Assembly: GCF_004010195.1 (NCBI RefSeq)
Contig: NC_057721.1
Span: 7,121,244 to 7,185,243 of the forward strand
From: Chiloscyllium plagiosum
Taxonomy: Eukaryota
DNA: 64,000 nt
Direction of reading: 5' to 3'
Shown: positions 62,900 through 64,000 of the stretch, in pieces
Layout of the letters: each line of letters begins with the position of its first letter
Numbering within the stretch: position 1 is the stretch's first letter
Translations under genes and position numbers: made by a program
The notes under the pieces: model-generated
Database searches by the model: none
What the model was told of the DNA's origin: nothing
The model's input: the letters and a program-made list of their open reading frames with translations, nothing else

Positions 62900-62966
62900 A
62901 CTTTGAGTGGGAGAAAGCCATTTGGCCCATCAGGTCCACAGTGACCCTCTGAAGAGCATCCCACCT
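62900..62966 (-). mobile_element. HE1-like SINE 3' fragment
   Basis: GCCATTTGGCCCATCAGGTCCACAGTGACCCTCTGAAGAGCATCCCACC matches the SINE 3' region. Confidence 0.65.
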
Positions 62967-63941
62967 AGTTTTAAAACAGTATGATGGAGAAGTGACAAAC
63001 TTGATTTCCTATATCTCATTAATCCTTCTTAAAAACAAAAGACATTTTCATCCTGCACTTACCAGGATAATTTGCAGGGGAGACCAAAATGAAGGGGAAA
63101 TATCATTTATACTGTGTCTTGGCAAGTGGACTCTGGTAAAGGTGTTTCCACTGAGAATGCACCAGTTAATGATGACTGACAGGTTTGTAGTTAACTTTAA
63201 TTTTCAACCAGGCAGGTTGATTCTGAGAAATGGATATAACCAGTTTTGTGAGGAAACAGTCATAGAACATAGACATGTTTTTTGCAGACAGAAAGAACAA
63301 GGTCTTGTGTATTAATGCTTTTCAGTACATGGAAGTGTGCCACAGTGAGCAGACTGACGACTAAATAATGTATTCCATGAGAGGGAGAGATTCAGAAGAA
63401 TTCACCATCATTACTTATTAAGAAATGTGAGGATAGTATCAAATTAAAGGAAATGCAATCTGTAGCGTAAGCATTTGAAAGCATTATAGGCTGGACAAAG
63501 TATAACACCCTTTGCTGTGTGAAAGAGACTGAGGTAAGCAGCATAGCTTTAGTCAAGATAGCTTTACAGAATTAAACTATATGTAAGAAACATTTTAATG
63601 TTAAAACGTACTGAACACTGTGATCTTTCCTAATCAAAAGCACAACTGAGAGTGGTATGTCAGAAGATTTCGCAGACATTAGAAACCAGCAAATGAATGA
63701 CTAAAAATGAAAGTGAAGTTTAATGACCACTAGCTATAAACCCTTAAAAGCAGAACAGTTTAAAAAGTCAAATTGACAAGTATTGTTGGAGTGTGGCATG
63801 GAGATGAGAAGGAATTTTTCTCGATATCATTAAACTTTGAACTCAACTGACCAGAACTGGATAGTGAAGAGATGTAAACAAACAATCTTAAATACTTTAC
63901 AAGTGATTGCTAACAACTTAAGCATGTACTTAATTAAACAG

Positions 63942-64000
63942 GCTGGTACCTACTTGCCCCAATCTTACTTGATCCATGAAGAGATGGTGGTTACTGATTA
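63942..64000 (+). CDS. ITM2B: ITM2B exon 5 (partial, truncated by the window end)
   Basis: CAG acceptor, then AGTYLPQSYLIHEEMVVTD. Confidence 0.94.

Overview
This is vertebrate, almost certainly elasmobranch (shark), genomic DNA. It carries the conserved NUDT15 (+) - MED4 (-) - ITM2B (+) block, which is syntenic with human 13q14. NUDT15 (3 coding exons, 160 aa) and MED4 (7 coding exons, 252 aa) are complete with GT-AG junctions. ITM2B exons 1-4 are complete and exon 5 runs off the window end. The rest is mostly decayed retroelements: a nested full-length Gypsy LTR element, CR1/HER1, Rex1 and L2 LINE fragments, ten HE1-like tRNA-derived SINEs (all on the minus strand) and solo LTRs. There is one ~500-N gap. 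The most notable non-coding signal is about 15 Penelope-like element (PLE) insertions from at least four families. Most retain a minimal hammerhead-ribozyme core (CUGANGA-N-stem II-GAAA-palindrome-NUH), intact or decayed. Many share one fold-back architecture: 12-18 bp target-site duplication, an inverted arm, and a ~30-35 nt unpaired 3' tail. Several ribozyme cores lie in the sense orientation inside MED4 and ITM2B introns. Exon coordinates were read to the base; repeat boundaries are approximate and family names come from motif recognition, not database searches.
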